From contig OY760686.1 of the NCBI GenBank assembly GCA_963663865.1, positions 1,536,001 through 1,600,000 of the forward strand: DNA of 64,000 nt, given 5' to 3'. The DNA is from Spirochaetota bacterium (GTDB lineage Bacteria > Spirochaetota > UBA4802 > UBA5550). Under the pieces are notes generated by a model. The model saw nothing but the letters and a program-made list of their open reading frames with translations, searched no databases and had not been told where the DNA came from. Shown piece by piece: positions 9,718 to 20,393 of this stretch (within the stretch, counting starts at the first letter, position 1; each line of letters starts with the position of its first letter). The translations under genes and the position numbers were made by a program.

Positions 9718-10566
9718 ATGCTGTATTTATCAATAGCTTTAATAGCGGGCGGTGTTTTGGTCTTTGCGTATTCGCTCATCTCGTTAGTCGCCGAGAGAAG
9801 GCGCGACGCGGTGTTTGTAACCCGCCAGCAGGACGACAGACGACCTGAAGAGGCATCCTTGCGAAGGGGGGGCCGGTATAAGGCTGACCCTGCCGCCCGA
9901 AAGATTTCACAGCCTGAAAGGACCGGGCAGTCCCCCCGGCCGCCCATAAGCGATGAAGATGATTATCTTCCTTTTTCAGGGGGGGGTGATGCCTCTTCAG
10001 AAGAGATTGCTGCCGCTGCCGAGCCTGAGCCGATTTCAGACGCCGATGCCTTGTCAGAGGGTGGAAACATTCAGGGGCCGTCTGTTCGGAATCATCAGGA
10101 GGAGACGGCAACACTGGGCGAAAACACTGTCAGTCTGGAGGCCGAACCAGTGTCCTATTCAGAGGCTGAGGCTGAAACCGCCAGTATTGCGTTACAGCCT
10201 GAAGATGAACCTGCACCGAATCGGGATGAGCATGTTTTTTCGGCTGCTCTTTTCGAGGATGAGGCGGGTATTCTTGACTACAGGCGTGTGGGACAGGAGC
10301 ACGGTATTGACCCTGAAGCCTATTCCGGATTGAAGAGGGCCGGGAAAGGTGCGTTGACGGTTGAAGGCGACGGCCTTTCTTTTCGAAGCGGCGGCAGGCT
10401 TTTCAGGTATGATTTTCACAGACTGCAAAAAATTCAATCGGGAGACGGCTACGCGGCTGTCTTTATGAAAAAAAACGGCGCGGTGAGACTGTTTGTTTTT
10501 GATGAAGCCGCCCGGGCGGGGAATTACCTCAAGGATCGTTACGATGAATACAGAAGTTCAAGATGA
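9718..10566 (+). CDS. Hypothetical membrane-anchored protein (N-terminal TM, acidic linker, beta-rich C-terminal domain)
   Basis: Hydrophobic residues 1-24; long E/D/P/A-rich middle; compact C-terminal ~110 aa. Confidence 0.75.
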   Translation: MLYLSIALIAGGVLVFAYSLISLVAERRRDAVFVTRQQDDRRPEEASLRRGGRYKADPAARKISQPERTGQSPRPPISDEDDYLPFSGGGDASSEEIAAAAEPEPISDADALSEGGNIQGPSVRNHQEETATLGENTVSLEAEPVSYSEAEAETASIALQPEDEPAPNRDEHVFSAALFEDEAGILDYRRVGQEHGIDPEAYSGLKRAGKGALTVEGDGLSFRSGGRLFRYDFHRLQKIQSGDGYAAVFMKKNGAVRLFVFDEAARAGNYLKDRYDEYRSSR

Positions 10567-10616
10567 AATTCTGTATTAGGCCGTTTTGAATAATTTATGG
10601 AGTAAGGATTTTCCGG

Positions 10617-11578
10617 ATGTATTACAGATATAAGCCCAGAAAAAGAGAGAGGCGCGTTCTTAAAAGGTTTTTGTTTTTTCTGGTTATGGCAGCGTTTCTT
10701 TCAGCCGCGTACTATTTTCGTAGTTACCTGATGTTCTGGAAGTACACTGACAACAGGGTCCTGTCAGAAATTTCAGCCGCAGCATCGGTAGTTGACAGCA
10801 CGAAACGCGTTGCCGGACTCAATGATCTCGACGGTGTCATGAGAAAATACCGGGATGACAATCCTCTAAAATCCGAACCCTTCCTCATGTCCGGAAAGGT
10901 CAGTTATATGCTCGGGGCAAGCCTTCTTGGTGAAGATTTCTCCTGGTATTTCATAGAGGACAGGCCGGTTCCGGTTCCTGATCCTTCGTCCAGGCACTTT
11001 ATCGCAGCGGTCAAACATATCAAGAAGGGAATTGCGCTGAATGGATCCTCAGATATACCATCACAGTACAGGGTGATTCTCGCTAGAGCCATGTACTATA
11101 CTTCATTCAAATCTACTGCCGAAATAGCGTCTGTTGTGGAAAATGTTGATGTTGATACAATAGATGATAAGGAAGAACTAAGGTTCCTATCCTATATTCT
11201 TGCCTCGGGGAAGTCGCCTGAAAAAGGATTCAGGATACTTGCCGAAAGGTGTGTTGAATCAGGAAATGAAAGGCCAGGCTTTTTGAGGCGGCAGTGAAGA
11301 AGAAAACCGGCAAATATACAGATGCCATCATGGTATACAGGGACATAATTGCCTCATCGAAAGATGAGAGGGTTTTAAAAATAGCAAGGTTGAGTCTCGG
11401 CAAGGTCTATTACGGCCAGCTTTTATACAGGGAGGCTGTTGCCAGGTTTGAGGAAGCTCTCAGGTTTGATCCGGAAAACACTGAAATAAAGGGCTGGATG
11501 GACAGGGCCCTTGCGGCGTCCGGAGACAGGCAGGCCGCTGCCAGGATATTAAAGAATGTCGGGACGCAGCTTGAGTAA
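10617..11578 (+). pseudogene. Membrane-anchored TPR protein split by an apparent -1 frameshift near 11268-11285
   Basis: ORF 10617-11297 and ORF 11294-11578. The second frame is open from 11270 and reads KARLFEAAVKKKTGKYTDAI, a TPR helix, followed by more TPR (LGKVYY...A...FEEALRFDPEN). Confidence 0.6.
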
Positions 11579-11719
11579 AATTATAAGTAAGTAATTTTTT
11601 TTGCCGATAATTATACGATGTGTCAGAAAAAATGAATTGTCTTGACAAAAACTGACAGATCCGGCATAAGGAAGCCTGGATTATGTCGTATTAAAAGGTA
11701 ATCAATCTTCAGGAGATAT

Positions 11720-12745
11720 ATGATGCTTAATTCTTTCTATGGAATGTTTTCCAACGATATGGGGATAGACCTCGGGACAGCAAACACGCTGGTTCATGTA
11801 AAAGGCCAGGGAATCGTTCTTAGCGAACCTTCGGTCGTTGCTGTTCAGACCGGAACCGGAAAGGTTCTTGCGGTTGGGCAGGAGGCAAAGAGAATGCTGG
11901 GCCGGACCCCGGGCGATATTGTCGCGATAAGACCGATGAAGGACGGCGTAATCGCTGACTTCGAAACCGTAGAAAAGATGATTCGATATTTCTTTACCAA
12001 AGTTCATAAAAGAAAAACGCTTGTAAGGCCGCGTGTTGTAATCGGTGTTCCTTCCGGTATTACAGAGGTGGAAAAAAGAGCCGTGCGCGAGTCAGCTGAA
12101 CAGGCAGGCGCCAGGGAGATTTTCCTGATAGAGGAAGCACTCGCCGCTGCAATAGGAGCGAATATTCCGATACATGAGCCGGCCGGGCACATGATAGTCG
12201 ATATCGGTGGAGGAACAACTGAAATAGCTGTAATATCCCTTGGAGGAATGGTAATAGCCGATTCCATCAGGGTGGCCGGTGATGAGTTTGATGACGCAAT
12301 AATAAAATATATGAGGACACAGTATAATCTGGTTATCGGTGAAAGGATGGCTGAAGAGGTCAAATTCCGCCTCGGCAATGCCTTCCCGGAAAAAAAGGTC
12401 GAGATAATGGAGCTGAAGGGTCGGGATGCTATATCCGGTCTTCCCCGAACACTTGAGATAGATTCAGCTGAAATCAGAAAGGCGTTAAAAGAGCCTGTCG
12501 AGCAAATCCTTGAAGGGATTAAGCATGCTCTTGAGAAGACACCGCCGGAACTCGCCGCGGATATTGTGGAGAGGGGTATTGTTATGACAGGCGGCGGTTC
12601 TCTCCTTAAGGGACTGGACAAGTATATCAGTAAGGAAACAGGGGTGCCGGTTATCCTTGCGGAAAATCCCCTTACATGTGTTGTTCTTGGCGCTGGAAAA
12701 TTCCTGGAGGAGATTAAAAATCTCTACAGAGCAAACCTGAAATAG
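11720..12745 (+). CDS. mreB: Rod shape-determining protein MreB
   Basis: [34 protein letters not shown] and TGGGSLL motifs. Confidence 0.99.
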   Translation: MMLNSFYGMFSNDMGIDLGTANTLVHVKGQGIVLSEPSVVAVQTGTGKVLAVGQEAKRMLGRTPGDIVAIRPMKDGVIADFETVEKMIRYFFTKVHKRKTLVRPRVVIGVPSGITEVEKRAVRESAEQAGAREIFLIEEALAAAIGANIPIHEPAGHMIVDIGGGTTEIAVISLGGMVIADSIRVAGDEFDDAIIKYMRTQYNLVIGERMAEEVKFRLGNAFPEKKVEIMELKGRDAISGLPRTLEIDSAEIRKALKEPVEQILEGIKHALEKTPPELAADIVERGIVMTGGGSLLKGLDKYISKETGVPVILAENPLTCVVLGAGKFLEEIKNLYRANLK

Positions 12746-12755
12746 AAGACTGACC

Positions 12756-13619
12756 GTGGACTTTTTTATTAGAAACAAATCTGTAGTTGTTTTTGCGGCC
12801 TTTTCTCTTTTCTGCATTATATCGCTGTCTGTTCATTCCTCTACCGCAGCTATCTCTCTTGAGGGAATAGGCAGTGCTCTGGTTATGCCGTTTCAGAAAG
12901 GGTATAACTTCGTGCAGAAGGGCGTACACAGACTCTGGGCCGGTTTTACTGAGCTTGGCGATGTGCGCGAGGAACTCCAGAAGACAAGAGAAAAGCTTGA
13001 GCATTACGAAGGAATAGCCGAAGAGCTCTTTCAGATCCGCAGGGAAAATGAGAACCTCAGAAAATTGATCGGCATGAAGGAAAAGGTCGAATACGATTCA
13101 ATTCATGCGACGATTATATCCAAAGATCCCGACAACTGGTTCAGGACCATAATAGTTAATAGAGGTTCTTCTGACGGAGTCAAGGTCAATATGCCGGTGG
13201 TCGCTTTCAGCGGAGATCAGAAGGCGGTTGTAGGCAAGGTAGTAGAGGTTAGAGGAAGTATTTCAAGAATTATGCCGGTTATTTCCTCAAATATGAGGCT
13301 CGGAGTGATGCTTCAAAAGAGCGGATTCCCGGGTCTTCTGCAGGGACAGTCCACAAGCTCCAATCTATGCGTAGTCGATTATATCAGCCGGGCCGCAGTG
13401 ATGGCTTTTGGGGATGTTGTGGTTACATCCGGCCAGGGAGGAGTGTTTCCCGAAGGTCTGGTAGTCGGAACAGTCCTTACGTCCGGCGTCCCCGATTCGA
13501 GCGCCTATCAAAAGACAATTGTCAAGCCGGTAATAGACTATGACAGAATACAGGATGTAATCATAATTAAAAAAGAACCTGATCCGGAGTTTGTAAAAAT
13601 GCTTGAGGATGCGAAATGA
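12756..13619 (+). CDS. mreC: Rod shape-determining protein MreC
   Basis: N-terminal TM, coiled coil (EN..LR.L), NRGS.DGV..NMPVV, VVTSG.GG.FP.GL.VG. Confidence 0.97.
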   Translation: MDFFIRNKSVVVFAAFSLFCIISLSVHSSTAAISLEGIGSALVMPFQKGYNFVQKGVHRLWAGFTELGDVREELQKTREKLEHYEGIAEELFQIRRENENLRKLIGMKEKVEYDSIHATIISKDPDNWFRTIIVNRGSSDGVKVNMPVVAFSGDQKAVVGKVVEVRGSISRIMPVISSNMRLGVMLQKSGFPGLLQGQSTSSNLCVVDYISRAAVMAFGDVVVTSGQGGVFPEGLVVGTVLTSGVPDSSAYQKTIVKPVIDYDRIQDVIIIKKEPDPEFVKMLEDAK

Positions 13620-14119
13620 TTATTACATATCTGCTGACAGGTCTTGTCCTTGCCATAGCGCTTCTTGTTCAGGGTCATACATCAACAGACGCGATAAGGT
13701 TCTTCGGTGTAAAACCTGATCTCGTTTTTATTATCGTTGTTTATCTCGGATATACATTCGGATCATTTTATGCCCAGATCAGTGCCTTCGTTTCCGGAAT
13801 TTTCCGCGATTCCATTTCAAATTCACCGCTTGGATTTCTTACATTGCCTGCGGTTATTATCGCTTTTCTGGCCGGAATGCTCGGAAGGGGGGTCTTTAAA
13901 TCAAGCCTGCTTATGATTTCTCTGATGCTTTTTGTAGCCAGCCTCTTGAAGGGTGTAATATGCCTTGTATTGGCGTACATATTTTCAGCAGGTGACGCTG
14001 TATCTATTTACAATCTGATACTGCCAGAGGCCCTTTACAATGCCGTTCTGGCTCCTCCTGTTTTCATACTTCTTGATAAGCTCTTTTCAAGCGAGATTGA
14101 GAGGGGGGATTTTCAGTAG
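13616..14119 (+). CDS. mreD: Rod shape-determining protein MreD
   Basis: Multi-TM, GVKPDL and G...D motifs, position between mreC and pbp2. Confidence 0.93.
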   Translation: MIITYLLTGLVLAIALLVQGHTSTDAIRFFGVKPDLVFIIVVYLGYTFGSFYAQISAFVSGIFRDSISNSPLGFLTLPAVIIAFLAGMLGRGVFKSSLLMISLMLFVASLLKGVICLVLAYIFSAGDAVSIYNLILPEALYNAVLAPPVFILLDKLFSSEIERGDFQ

Positions 14120-15949
14120 ATGAACCAGTCGTCTCTAAGGGCCAGGATGCTTGAAGCTTTCAGGGTCCGGATGTACATCTTTCTGGGAATTGTAGTAATC
14201 AGTTTTCTGATTCTCTTTGTTCAACTAATAAACCTCCAGCTTGTTCAAGGGAACGAGTATAGTGAGAGATCCAGGCTGAACATGGAAAACAATATCCCGA
14301 TTACGGCGCCCCGCGGTGAAATATATGACAGGAATTTTGCCGCCGGAGAAAGATCGTTTACTATCGCTTCTAACCGTCCTTCATTCAACGTTACAACAAT
14401 ACCGTCAAAGTTTAATAGCCGGAAGCAGTTCAGACATATTGTCCGAAACCTGAGTATTCTTACGGGCGTAGAAGAAAAAGAAATTCTGAAACAGGCTGAA
14501 GGGCATAATAACTGGGAAAGGATAGTCCTCGTTGAAGATGTTGATTTTTCAACAATCGTCAAAATTGCTTCCCATAATGAACTTTTCCCCAACATTGACT
14601 GGGAGGACGCTCCGGTGCGAGTTTACAATTCCGGAAACAGCTTCGCGCATGTGGCCGGTTATACCGGGAATATAAGCCGGTCAGAATACCGCAGGCTTAA
14701 GATGCAAGGGTACAGACACTACCAGAAAATTGGGAAAACAGGGATTGAAAAGCAGTATGACAGCGAACTCCGGGGAAGCGACGGTTTTATCCGCCGGATA
14801 GTTGATGTCAGAAACAGAACTGAGGGCGAAGAAATAGGCGCCAGGCCTCTGTCCGGCAATAATCTTGTCCTTACTATAGACGCCGGAGTGCAAAAGGCCG
14901 CCAGCGATGCGATGAAGGATATGAGGGGGGCAGCAGTAGCCATTAAGCCTTCAACCGGAGAGGTGATAGCGCTTGTCAGCAAACCTGATTTCGATACTAA
15001 TCTGCTCAATACAAAAAACAACAGCGCTCTGATAGCCGAGATATCAACCAACAAAGAGAAGCCGTTTTTAAACAGGGTTATACAGTCGATGTATCCTCCC
15101 GCTTCAACATTCAAGCTCGTTACTGCTGTCGCAGCGCTCGAAACGGAGAAGGGTCATCCCTCCCTGGCTTATACCTGTTACGGGAAATATACGTTAAAAG
15201 GATATGTTGACCGGGATTTCTACTGTTATGAGGTTCACGGAACCCTTGATCTGACGCGGGCCATAGCAAAGTCCTGCAGTGTTTATTTTTATCAGTTGGG
15301 GTATAAGACCGGTCCAACCTCAATTCTTCAGTATGCGGACTACTTCGGACTGAACCAGAAATCAGAAATCGATTTACCTGGAGAAACAGCTGGATTTATA
15401 CCGTCAAAAAAGTGGAAGCTCAAAACATTTAACCAGCCCTGGTTTGACGGAGATACAATCAACCTTTCGATCGGGCAGGGTTTCTTAAGCGTTACTCCAA
15501 TGGCAATGGCTCAATTTACTTCCGCAATAGTCAATGGAGGTATGGTCTATATACCGCATATTATGAAGGAAATAAGAAGCCCTGACAACAGCAAGATTAT
15601 CAAAAAGAATGAAATTAAGAGGCTCAGGGAAATACCGCTTTCACCGGTGACGCTGAACACAGTAAAGCAGGGGATGAGGCTTTCCGTTACAGGAGGAACA
15701 TCGGCCGGACTGTCATACCTGAAGGTTCCTGCGGCGGGAAAAACAGGAACAGCGCAGACCCGTTCCAGCCGTCACGATGACGCTTCACAGCACGGATGGT
15801 TCACCGGATTTGCCCCCTTTGGGGCAGAGCCGGAAAAGGCGGTTGTAGTCACGGTAATGATTGAGCAGGGGGTTGCCGGAGCGGCAACTGCCGTTCCAGT
15901 TGCCGCAAGAATATTTTCAAGGCTTGAAGAATTGGGGTACTTTAAATGA
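14120..15949 (+). CDS. mrdA: Penicillin-binding protein 2
   Basis: APRG.IYDRN, GKTGIE..YD..LRG, PASTFK (SxxK) and GKTGTAQ motifs. Confidence 0.97.
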   Translation: MNQSSLRARMLEAFRVRMYIFLGIVVISFLILFVQLINLQLVQGNEYSERSRLNMENNIPITAPRGEIYDRNFAAGERSFTIASNRPSFNVTTIPSKFNSRKQFRHIVRNLSILTGVEEKEILKQAEGHNNWERIVLVEDVDFSTIVKIASHNELFPNIDWEDAPVRVYNSGNSFAHVAGYTGNISRSEYRRLKMQGYRHYQKIGKTGIEKQYDSELRGSDGFIRRIVDVRNRTEGEEIGARPLSGNNLVLTIDAGVQKAASDAMKDMRGAAVAIKPSTGEVIALVSKPDFDTNLLNTKNNSALIAEISTNKEKPFLNRVIQSMYPPASTFKLVTAVAALETEKGHPSLAYTCYGKYTLKGYVDRDFYCYEVHGTLDLTRAIAKSCSVYFYQLGYKTGPTSILQYADYFGLNQKSEIDLPGETAGFIPSKKWKLKTFNQPWFDGDTINLSIGQGFLSVTPMAMAQFTSAIVNGGMVYIPHIMKEIRSPDNSKIIKKNEIKRLREIPLSPVTLNTVKQGMRLSVTGGTSAGLSYLKVPAAGKTGTAQTRSSRHDDASQHGWFTGFAPFGAEPEKAVVVTVMIEQGVAGAATAVPVAARIFSRLEELGYFK

Positions 15950-17259
15950 GCGGCAAAGACAGCCTCTACAGGATAGATTATCTTCTTGTTGCAGCAGTTG
16001 TTGCAACCGCTCTTATCGGAGTACTGATGATTTACAGCGGCGGGTTTGACCCGATAGATAAGCTGAATTCAGGAATGTATAAGAAACAGATACTTTGGCT
16101 GATAATAGGCTTTGTGCTGATGATAGCTATTACTTTTATTAGTTACCAGCAGCTGGGTTACTACTCAATTTATATTTATGCTGTCACTCTTGTTCTCCTC
16201 ATGATTCCAACCTTTTTAGGCAGTCCGGTGAGAAACACAAGAGCATGGCTGAATTTTGGGCTGTTTTCAATACAACCTTCAGAGTTTATGAAAATAGCCC
16301 TTGTGATAATTCTTGCCAAATACCTGGAACTCCGAGAGAGAGATATGTCCCGTTTCCGTGAGATCATGATTCCAATGCTTCTAACGCTGATCCCGGTCGC
16401 GATAATAATGAAGCAGCCTGACTTCGGAACGGCAGTCACCTTCTTCCCCATTCTTTTTGTGATGCTGTTTGTCGGTGGGGCCGACGTGGCTTACCTCATG
16501 TCCATTATCTCAATAGCGGTAATAGCCCTTGTTGTACCTATGTTCCTGACATACAGGGAGTGGATCGGGGATACAGACAATCTGCTTCTGAGGTTTTTCA
16601 GGGATACCGATCAGATAATAATTATTTCCGCTGTACTTATTTTTATTGCCGCAGCCGTCTTTATAACCAGTTACTTTGTTAAGCATAAGATTTTCAGGCG
16701 GATATACCTTCCATCATTAGTGCTTTCAGTCGGGCTCATGTCCTCTGTAATAATTCAGCGTTTCTTCATTGACTATCAGAAAAAACGGATTCTTGTTTTC
16801 TTAAATCCAGAGCTTGATCCTCAGGGTTCCGGCTATAATATTATTCAGTCAAAAATAGCTATTGGTTCAGGAGAGTTTCTGGGTAAAGGATTTCTTGAAG
16901 GGAGCCAGTCTCAGTTAGGTTTTTTGCCTGAGAAGACATCCGACTTTATATTTTCGGTTGTTGCTGAGGAGTGGGGTTTTATTGGAGCGACTGTTCTGCT
17001 GCTGCTGCTGGCATTTATAATATTCAGAGGTGTGCAGGTCGCCCTTCAGTCGAAGGATAAATTTGGCGCTCTGCTCGCCAGCGGAATCGCTACAATATTG
17101 TTCATTCACGTCATAATTAATATTGGCATGGTTATGGGGATTATGCCTGTTACAGGATTGCCGCTTGTGTTTGTTTCCTATGGAGGCTCCAATCTGATTA
17201 TGTCAATGCTGGCCGTCGGAATTTTGATTAATATCCGGATGAGGAAATTCGTTTACTGA
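15946..17259 (+). CDS. rodA: SEDS peptidoglycan polymerase RodA
   Basis: IQPSEFMK, QPDFGT, GYN..QS.IAIGSG, TSDFIF and MPVTGLPL.FVSYGGS motifs. Confidence 0.97.
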   Translation: MSGKDSLYRIDYLLVAAVVATALIGVLMIYSGGFDPIDKLNSGMYKKQILWLIIGFVLMIAITFISYQQLGYYSIYIYAVTLVLLMIPTFLGSPVRNTRAWLNFGLFSIQPSEFMKIALVIILAKYLELRERDMSRFREIMIPMLLTLIPVAIIMKQPDFGTAVTFFPILFVMLFVGGADVAYLMSIISIAVIALVVPMFLTYREWIGDTDNLLLRFFRDTDQIIIISAVLIFIAAAVFITSYFVKHKIFRRIYLPSLVLSVGLMSSVIIQRFFIDYQKKRILVFLNPELDPQGSGYNIIQSKIAIGSGEFLGKGFLEGSQSQLGFLPEKTSDFIFSVVAEEWGFIGATVLLLLLAFIIFRGVQVALQSKDKFGALLASGIATILFIHVIINIGMVMGIMPVTGLPLVFVSYGGSNLIMSMLAVGILINIRMRKFVY

Positions 17260-17290
17260 TTGAAGCATTTAACAAATCCGGAGGCAAAAA

Positions 17291-17977
17291 ATGAAAAGGG
17301 CAGTCGTACTTTTGAGCGGGGGCATTGATTCTGCAACCTCAGCGGCCGATGCAAAGGGAAGAGGTTACAGCATTGTTGCAGTAACATTTAATTACGGTCA
17401 GCGGCATTCAGTTGAGGCCCGTGCTGCGGAACGTATCGCTGAGACTTTAAAGGCTGAATCCCACATTTTTATAGACATACCCGTTGGTGTTTTTAATTCC
17501 TCTCTGGTTAAAGACTGCGGAATTGAAGTTCCAAAAATGCGGGAAGTTCTATCCGAAGATGACATACCGTCAACCTATGTTCCGGCAAGGAATATTCTAT
17601 TTCTTTCGTATGCACTTGCAATAGCTGAATCCCGCAATGCCGATGCGGTGTTTATTGGCGCTAACGCTGTTGATTACAGCGGATATCCTGACTGCAGGCC
17701 GGATTTTTTTACGGCATTCTCCAGAGTGTCAGAGCTTGGAACCAGGGCGGGAGTGGAAGGACACCCGGTTAAGATAGAAACTCCGCTAATTAATCTCACT
17801 AAAGCCGAAATCATAAGAAAGGGTATTAAGCTGGGGGTTGACTACGCAATGACGCATAGCTGCTATGATCCAGATGAAAGCGGAAGAGCCTGCGGCGAGT
17901 GTGACAGTTGCATTATTAGAAAGAAGGGCTTTGAAGAGGCCGGCGTGCCTGATCCTACTGTTTATTCAGCGAAATGA
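17291..17977 (+). CDS. queC: 7-cyano-7-deazaguanine synthase
   Basis: LLSGGIDS, YGQRH, TYVPARN, GYPDCR and SCY...CGECDSC motifs. Confidence 0.97.
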   Translation: MKRAVVLLSGGIDSATSAADAKGRGYSIVAVTFNYGQRHSVEARAAERIAETLKAESHIFIDIPVGVFNSSLVKDCGIEVPKMREVLSEDDIPSTYVPARNILFLSYALAIAESRNADAVFIGANAVDYSGYPDCRPDFFTAFSRVSELGTRAGVEGHPVKIETPLINLTKAEIIRKGIKLGVDYAMTHSCYDPDESGRACGECDSCIIRKKGFEEAGVPDPTVYSAK

Positions 17978-18702
17978 ATGCTTTGAGGTCTTTTGCCGGG
18001 ATTGCGGCTGATATAATATTTCCCTCATATTGTGTTTTATGCGGCCGGCCGACAGGTGCTTTTGATTATCCACTTTGTATTCAGTGCGAGTCAGGTATTA
18101 AGACGCCGGTGAATATCTGCCCGATTTGCTCCGGTACTGTTGCCGAAGGAGAATGTGTATTTTGCGCTGAAAGACACTTCTATCCGCAGAAAAACATTTC
18201 ACTTATGGAGTATAAGGGCGGCGGGGCTATGCTGCTTCAGCATTTTAAATTCGGGGCAAAGAGGAAGCTGGCCCATTATTTTGCGGGGAGAGCGATGCCG
18301 CTGTTGAGTGAAATAGCCAGGCCAGACATTGTCACATCAGTTCCAATGCGCTATAGAAAGATGCAGAAAAGGGGATATAATCAGGCTGAGGAGTTCGGCA
18401 GAGCCATTGCCGGCAAAATTGGCGTTCCGTACGCAAGGCTTCTCGCGGAGAACAGGGCGGCAAAGAACCAGAAAACCCTTGATTACTGCAGCCGTTTCTT
18501 TAATACCTTCGGGCGTTTCAGAACTATCAATAGCGGGCTGATTCCAGGGAAAATAATTCTGTTAACCGATGATGTATTTACAACTGGTTCGACGGTTAAT
18601 GAATGCGCGAGGATTCTTGAAGAATGCGGCGCGGAAGCAGTTTTTTCCGTAACAATAGCGAGAGCAGATGTAAAAAAGCTTGATAAATATTCCATTGTAT
18701 AA
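17974..18702 (+). CDS. comF: ComF family protein (double zinc ribbon + phosphoribosyltransferase)
   Basis: Four CxxC pairs, RGYNQA, LL.DDVFTTGST. Confidence 0.9.
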   Translation: MNALRSFAGIAADIIFPSYCVLCGRPTGAFDYPLCIQCESGIKTPVNICPICSGTVAEGECVFCAERHFYPQKNISLMEYKGGGAMLLQHFKFGAKRKLAHYFAGRAMPLLSEIARPDIVTSVPMRYRKMQKRGYNQAEEFGRAIAGKIGVPYARLLAENRAAKNQKTLDYCSRFFNTFGRFRTINSGLIPGKIILLTDDVFTTGSTVNECARILEECGAEAVFSVTIARADVKKLDKYSIV

Positions 18703-18753
18703 AATAATCACGTGTCACGATGCTGCCGATATCACCAAAACCGGGGTTTAAAT

Positions 18754-19083
18754 ATGAAAAAAGAGTCTTATGACAACATCGAAATAATTACTCTTGAGGG
18801 TCGCATTGACCAGGATGGCTCAGAAGAGCTTGAAACGGTACTTCAGGAGTGTCTTAACGAAAAAAAACACAATATTTGTATCGATATGATAAACGTTAAG
18901 CATATATGCAGTTCAGCGCTTGGTTCCCTTGTAGCTATTAAGAGGAAAATAAAGGACAGCGAGGGTGATATAAAGCTGATAATTTCGAGCGACAACCTTC
19001 TAAGGTTATTTCAGACGACAATGCTTGATAAGGTTTTTGAGATTTATGACTCAAGGCGGGAGTGCCTGTCTACTTTTGATTAA
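18754..19083 (+). CDS. STAS domain / anti-sigma factor antagonist
   Basis: LEGRID...V.HICSSALG.LV...LD.VFEIY. Confidence 0.88.
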   Translation: MKKESYDNIEIITLEGRIDQDGSEELETVLQECLNEKKHNICIDMINVKHICSSALGSLVAIKRKIKDSEGDIKLIISSDNLLRLFQTTMLDKVFEIYDSRRECLSTFD

Positions 19084-20063
19084 TGACTGGCTCAAGCGTT
19101 TTGACTGATTATTTCCTTTCGCCCATTTCCGAAGAGATGAAAGCTGTTGATGCTTGCATCGATAGAAGACTTACAACAGGAAGCGATATCATTGATTCTG
19201 CCGCCGGGCATCTTTTTAAAAGTGGTGGGAAGAGAATAAGGGCAGCGCTTGTTCTCCTGTTTAGCAGAATCTGCGGGGCGGAACAGAGAGACAAAGCAGT
19301 AGAGATGGCTGCCTCAATGGAAATCGTTCACGCGGCAAGTCTTATACACGATGATATCATAGATTCGGCGTCCAGAAGAAGAGGTTTGCTATCCGTTCCA
19401 GCCATGTTCGGCCCAAAGGTTGCAGTCCTGACGGGCGACTATATGTTTATTAGTTCCGTACTTCACGGTGAAGATGGCGATATTTCGTATCTGCCGGTTA
19501 TGCTTAAAGGCGTTTCCGACATGGTGCAGGGCGAGCTGATGCAGCTTGAGGGGAGTGAAGACGGCAGCATCGAGGAAGAAGTCTATTTCAGAATTGTTGA
19601 GAAAAAAACGGCTTCTTTTATGTCTGTTTGCTCCGAGCTGGGGGCAATGGCAGCCGGCGGCAGCGAGGATGATATAAAATCTGCGGCTGCATATGGAAGA
19701 TCTCTGGGTATTGCGTATCAGATAATTGACGATGTTATTGATGTGGCAGGAAGCCCGGCACTTTCAGGTAAAAACAGCGGGAATGATTATTTTGAGAGAA
19801 AATATACTCTCCCGTTTATAAGGCTGATTCAGAAGACGGGTGGCGCCGGAAGCCCTTACATACGAGCTCTCAGGAAAAGGACAGTCAGAGGGTGGAAGAT
19901 TATTCAGCGGGCTATCGAAGAGCTTGATATTGTGAATGACTGCCGAAGCGAAGCCGAAGAGTATATAGGCCGGGCCAGAGGGGAGCTTCATAATTTCGAA
20001 GAGAGTGTTTTCAGGGATTCAGCTGACAAGCTTGCAGTGCATATATTAGATCGGAAGAATTAA
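19083..20063 (+). CDS. Long-chain polyprenyl diphosphate synthase (IspB/HepT-like)
   Basis: GGKRIR, HAASLIHDDIID..RRG, AYQIIDDVID; small residues at -4/-5 before the FARM. Confidence 0.9.
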   Translation: MTGSSVLTDYFLSPISEEMKAVDACIDRRLTTGSDIIDSAAGHLFKSGGKRIRAALVLLFSRICGAEQRDKAVEMAASMEIVHAASLIHDDIIDSASRRRGLLSVPAMFGPKVAVLTGDYMFISSVLHGEDGDISYLPVMLKGVSDMVQGELMQLEGSEDGSIEEEVYFRIVEKKTASFMSVCSELGAMAAGGSEDDIKSAAAYGRSLGIAYQIIDDVIDVAGSPALSGKNSGNDYFERKYTLPFIRLIQKTGGAGSPYIRALRKRTVRGWKIIQRAIEELDIVNDCRSEAEEYIGRARGELHNFEESVFRDSADKLAVHILDRKN

Positions 20064-20128
20064 CAATAGGCCGCAAACTGAACTACGGTATGAACCGTGT
20101 TCTTGCTGCCAATACAGGAGGATGTTAT

Positions 20129-20347
20129 ATGACCGGAGAAAAGAAACTTCTGCTTGAGGCATATAACCAGGGACTTACAGCCTATAAACAGAAAAAATGG
20201 AAAGAGGCTGTTGTGAATTTTGAGAAAGCTCTTGAAATTGATCCCGATGACGGGCCCTCCAGGCTTTATTTGCAGCGTTCGACAGCCTATCTGGAGGTTT
20301 CGCCTCCAGATGATTGGGACGGTGTATTTGTAATGACCACAAAATAA
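20129..20347 (+). CDS. Small stand-alone TPR protein
   Basis: SD GGAGG; one TPR followed by DGPS.LY..R...PP.DWDGVF..T.K. Confidence 0.85.
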   Translation: MTGEKKLLLEAYNQGLTAYKQKKWKEAVVNFEKALEIDPDDGPSRLYLQRSTAYLEVSPPDDWDGVFVMTTK

Positions 20348-20393
20348 GTTTATATATAATGGAGTTTCGGCATATAAGCCTCAGGACAGGGAA

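Noticed and set aside
17291-17977. queC as part of a defence or DNA-modification system (Qat, Dpd, CBASS type IV)
   Set aside because: Canonical short QueC in a housekeeping operon with no TGT-like, TatD or ATPase partner genes.
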